From a virus, in IMG/VR virus record IMGVR_UViG_3300045988_031704: a stretch of 5,830 nt of DNA; one strand, 5' to 3'. Positions 5,437 to 5,830 of this stretch are shown one piece after another (positions within the stretch are counted from its first letter, which is position 1; every line of letters starts with the position of its first letter). Below the pieces are notes generated by a model. It saw only the letters and a list, made by a program, of their open reading frames with translations, ran no database searches and was not told the origin of the DNA. A program made the position numbers and the translations under genes.

Positions 5437-5541
5437 TCACTGCTTGTCGTGCAGCACATGATAGATCATGTCCAGCTTTTCCAAGATCTCTCTCATAACT
5501 GCAACTGCAGCTTTGAGGTCTTTAATGCTGATAAGTGCCAT
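5437..5541 (-). CDS. Small hypothetical protein of 34 aa (MALISIKDLKAAVAVMREILEKLDMIYHVLHDKQ), predicted helical. It lies directly downstream of the peptidase and is likely translationally coupled to it.
   Basis: ATG 5541..5539 is preceded by AGGGGA at 7-nt spacing (aaaggggatgtaaaaATG). That Shine-Dalgarno (SD) lies inside the last codons of the peptidase, whose stop TAA is 2 nt before the ATG. The ORF is too short for the track threshold. Confidence 0.35.
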   Translation of the reverse strand: MALISIKDLKAAVAVMREILEKLDMIYHVLHDKQ

Positions 5542-5543
5542 TT

Positions 5544-5830
5544 TTACATCCCCTTTCTGTATTTTTTGGTGCGTGTGTCGATGTGTACCCACGTATTATA
5601 CACGATTATGCCGCATTCATCCGGAATTATTTTGTTCAGTTTGTTGGCGATTTCTTTTGCGGTCATGCCATTAACCCGGATATCTGCTGCCATTCCTCGC
5701 ATATGGTATGAGTACTTTGCACCGCCTACTGCTTTATTCCTTGTTGGTGTCCGGTATCCGCTGTTGATGATTACAGGCTTTCCAACATGGTTTCTGAGTA
5801 CGTCTAGGATAGATACCAGGTAACTATCTA
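5544..5830 (-). CDS. 3' portion of the same Peptidase_M15_3 gene. It carries the zinc-ligand motifs, and its stop TAA is at 5546..5544. Positions 5776-5830 duplicate 1-55.
   Basis: Minus-strand translation reads ...VIINSGYRTPTRNKAVGGAKYSYHMRGMAADIRVNGMTAKEIANKLNKIIPDECGIIVYNTWVHIDTRTKKYRKGM*. The SGYR...N..VGG...S.H..G.AADI ... VHID signature matches the H-x6-D ... H zinc site of the M15 (VanY-type) family. The full protein would be about 123-129 aa. Confidence 0.85.
   Translation of the reverse strand, partial: DSYLVSILDVLRNHVGKPVIINSGYRTPTRNKAVGGAKYSYHMRGMAADIRVNGMTAKEIANKLNKIIPDECGIIVYNTWVHIDTRTKKYRKGM
5776..5830. repeat. Second copy of the 55-nt terminal redundancy (circular junction).
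   Basis: Identical to 1-55. Confidence 0.9.

Noticed and set aside
5338-5823. 161-aa plus-strand ORF, along with the other plus-strand ORFs in the track (383-580, 690-920, 1832-2092, 1896-2339, 2470-2898, 2514-2714, 3176-3430, 3494-3766, 3803-4030, 4316-4561, 5100-5303, 5110-5292, 5468-5674).
   Set aside because: All are antisense to well-supported minus-strand genes (peptidase, VP1, VP2, VP4) or run through the structured non-coding region. They give T-rich, Leu/Phe/Cys-rich low-complexity translations with no SD, and several start on GTG. They are typical shadow ORFs of an A-rich coding strand.

Overview
This window appears to be a complete, circularly permuted genome of a small ssDNA phage of the family Microviridae (Gokushovirinae-like), shown as the reverse complement of the viral/mRNA strand. 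Bases 1-55 are identical to 5776-5830, a terminal redundancy that implies a ~5775-nt circle. All credible genes are on the minus strand and form one compact operon with several overlapping stop/start junctions. Read around the circle the order is: candidate sigma70 promoters (139-284), a Peptidase_M15_3-type zinc peptidase whose ORF crosses the window junction (5' part 1-158, 3' part 5544-5830), three small unknown ORFs (34, 74 and 79-82 aa), an acidic VP3-like scaffold candidate, the VP1 major capsid protein, a hairpin/U-tract element, the glycine-rich VP2 pilot protein, the VP4 rolling-circle Rep, and a strong hairpin terminator. After that comes an unusually large ~340-560 bp control region, large for a microvirus, at about 268-830. 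It holds a 12-bp-stem hairpin, a Z-DNA-prone alternating GC tract that folds as a hairpin, a (TAC)5 microsatellite, tandem 9-mers, roughly ten iteron-like TTCAACA repeats including two perfect relaxed DnaA-box matches, and a doubtful 73-aa very basic ORF embedded in the iterons. The plus-strand ORFs in the track are antisense shadows of the real genes.
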